Part shown: piece after piece, positions 62,746 through 64,000 of the stretch
Layout of the letters: each line of letters begins with the position of its first letter
How positions within the stretch are numbered: position 1 is the first letter of the stretch
Assembly: GCA_963840855.1 (NCBI GenBank)
Contig: CAWJBB010000027.1
Span: 185,969-249,968 of the forward strand
DNA: 64,000 nt
Reading direction: 5' to 3'
Origin: an uncultured delta proteobacterium
GTDB taxonomy: Bacteria; Desulfobacterota; Binatia; UBA9968
Position numbers and translations under genes: made by a program
Notes under the pieces: model-generated
What the model was told of the DNA's origin: nothing
The model's database searches: none
What the model saw: the letters and a program-made list of their open reading frames with translations, nothing else

Positions 62746-63885
62746 CTAGAGCAACCAGTCCAGCCCGTACAGCCTGACGGCATTGGCAAAGGTAAGTTTC
62801 CGGCGCAGAGCGTCATCGAGATGGCCCATCGTGTCACGAATAAAACTTTGCGAGTCGGGAAAGATACCGTCGGCGTGAGGATAGTCGGAGGCCCAACAGA
62901 AACTGTCGGAGCCGTATTCGTTCGCTAACAACGCCCCGACCCTGTCGTCTTGAAACGTCGCCCAGACTTGACGATTGAACAACTCGCTCGGTTGCGTGCT
63001 GATCAAGTCTTTGTACATGCCCTCCTTGTATTTAGTGTCCAGCCGCTCCAACACGTAAGGTATCCAACCAATATGGCTTTCCGCCATGACAACTTTGAGG
63101 CGGGGATGGCGCTCCAATGCGCCGCACAATAGAATCGCCACGAGGCACTCATCGGCCTGCATTGCGACGACGGCCTGATGCGTCGCCGCGGAAACCCGCG
63201 GCAGGTTTCCCTTGAGCTTTTGCTCGACGCTGATAGGCCCGCAGGTGGTTGTGCCATGGCCGACCCCGATATGGAATGACAGCGCCACGTCATTTTCTGC
63301 CGCCGCGGTCCACATCGGTTCCCACATCGAGTGCCAGATGGGCTCGGGACCATTGAACCAATCGATCATCGCTCCCCGCAAGCCGAGCCCGTTCTTGCCG
63401 ATCCGGCGCAGCTCTTCGCTCGCCGACTCGGCGGAGGACGCCGGGATGTTCGCGGTACCGATGAAACGGCGCGGACTGTAGGAACAAAACTCCCCGATGA
63501 AATCGTTGTAAGCCCGATAGGTGGCGGCAATAACCTGCGGATCTTTGATACTGTCTTCGACAAAACGGATACCGTAGATGACTTCTGCCTCGATACCATC
63601 CATATCTAAGTCGGCGAGTCTTAGCTTCGGATCGGGCGGATGGCTGGGTTGCCAGCCGGCCTCCGCCATGCGCCGCCCCCGATGCGTGGTCATCTGCCCG
63701 CGCCCCATCCACGCGGCGTGCCCTCCCATGTTCTTTCCGTCTCCGACCCAGGAGGGCTTGCCATCGATATCAATCACTCTGGGCACCCGATCCCGCAAAT
63801 TAACCGGCGCCCGCGACGTAAAGGTATCCGCCGGAAGATAAAACAAGTCCATGTGCCCGTCAGCCGACACGATTTTATTTGCCAT
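62746..63885 (-). CDS. Amidohydrolase_2 family protein
   Basis: SADGH, RLADLDMDGI, YNDF, FHIG, ERHP.L...E, WASDYPHAD. Confidence 0.92.
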   Translation of the reverse strand: MANKIVSADGHMDLFYLPADTFTSRAPVNLRDRVPRVIDIDGKPSWVGDGKNMGGHAAWMGRGQMTTHRGRRMAEAGWQPSHPPDPKLRLADLDMDGIEAEVIYGIRFVEDSIKDPQVIAATYRAYNDFIGEFCSYSPRRFIGTANIPASSAESASEELRRIGKNGLGLRGAMIDWFNGPEPIWHSMWEPMWTAAAENDVALSFHIGVGHGTTTCGPISVEQKLKGNLPRVSAATHQAVVAMQADECLVAILLCGALERHPRLKVVMAESHIGWIPYVLERLDTKYKEGMYKDLISTQPSELFNRQVWATFQDDRVGALLANEYGSDSFCWASDYPHADGIFPDSQSFIRDTMGHLDDALRRKLTFANAVRLYGLDWLL

Positions 63886-64000
63886 CGAATTTCACCCTTT
63901 CTGAATTTCTATTTGCGATTGCGATTATCGATTCAAACACTGGGGAGAACTTAGTCGAGCAAAGCATAGGTCCGATCCCGTCGAGGTGTCAAGGAGAAGT

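Overview
GC-rich bacterial chromosomal window. The many orphan solute-binding proteins (ABC_sub_bind, NMT1/SsuA, Fe3+-type, TctC), heptamer/REP-like intergenic hairpins and catabolic paralogs suggest a Deltaproteobacteria-like lineage such as Ca. Binatia; this is inference only. About 14 otherwise intact-looking genes carry single-base frameshifts, most likely long-read errors. Layout: (1) 1-7.5 kb is an accessory island with a SRAP remnant, secreted hypotheticals, a complete IS21 (6-bp TSD, extra 57-aa ORF between istA and istB) that interrupts a secreted-protein gene, and an XRE gene plus tyrosine integrase. (2) 7.6-35 kb is core metabolism: etfAB with a lone PaaA/BoxB-like diiron protein, pncB, fabFH, HDAC, tatBC, pyruvoyl arginine decarboxylase, a 3-subunit acyl-CoA carboxylase, GH63, an NTT-like transporter, a Mo-oxidoreductase/cytochrome b pair, FxsA and MATE. 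It also holds the best candidate for something undescribed: a stand-alone ~185-nt minus-strand transcript (23.4-23.6 kb) with a near-consensus sigma70 promoter, an extended 16S-complementary RBS, a 13-aa CxxC peptide, switchable anti-SD pairing and a terminator. (3) 35.5-39.2 kb is an IS91/ISCR-derived patch in which two oriIS-like repeats with outward promoters each precede cargo genes (PEGA-like + patatin; Zn-finger + caspase-like). (4) 39-64 kb contains oxidoreductases, a peptidase-Mx/ATP-grasp pair, and a catabolic region with three dihydroxyphthalate-decarboxylase-like paralogs and eight SBPs lacking any permease. No rRNA, tRNA or CRISPR array was seen.
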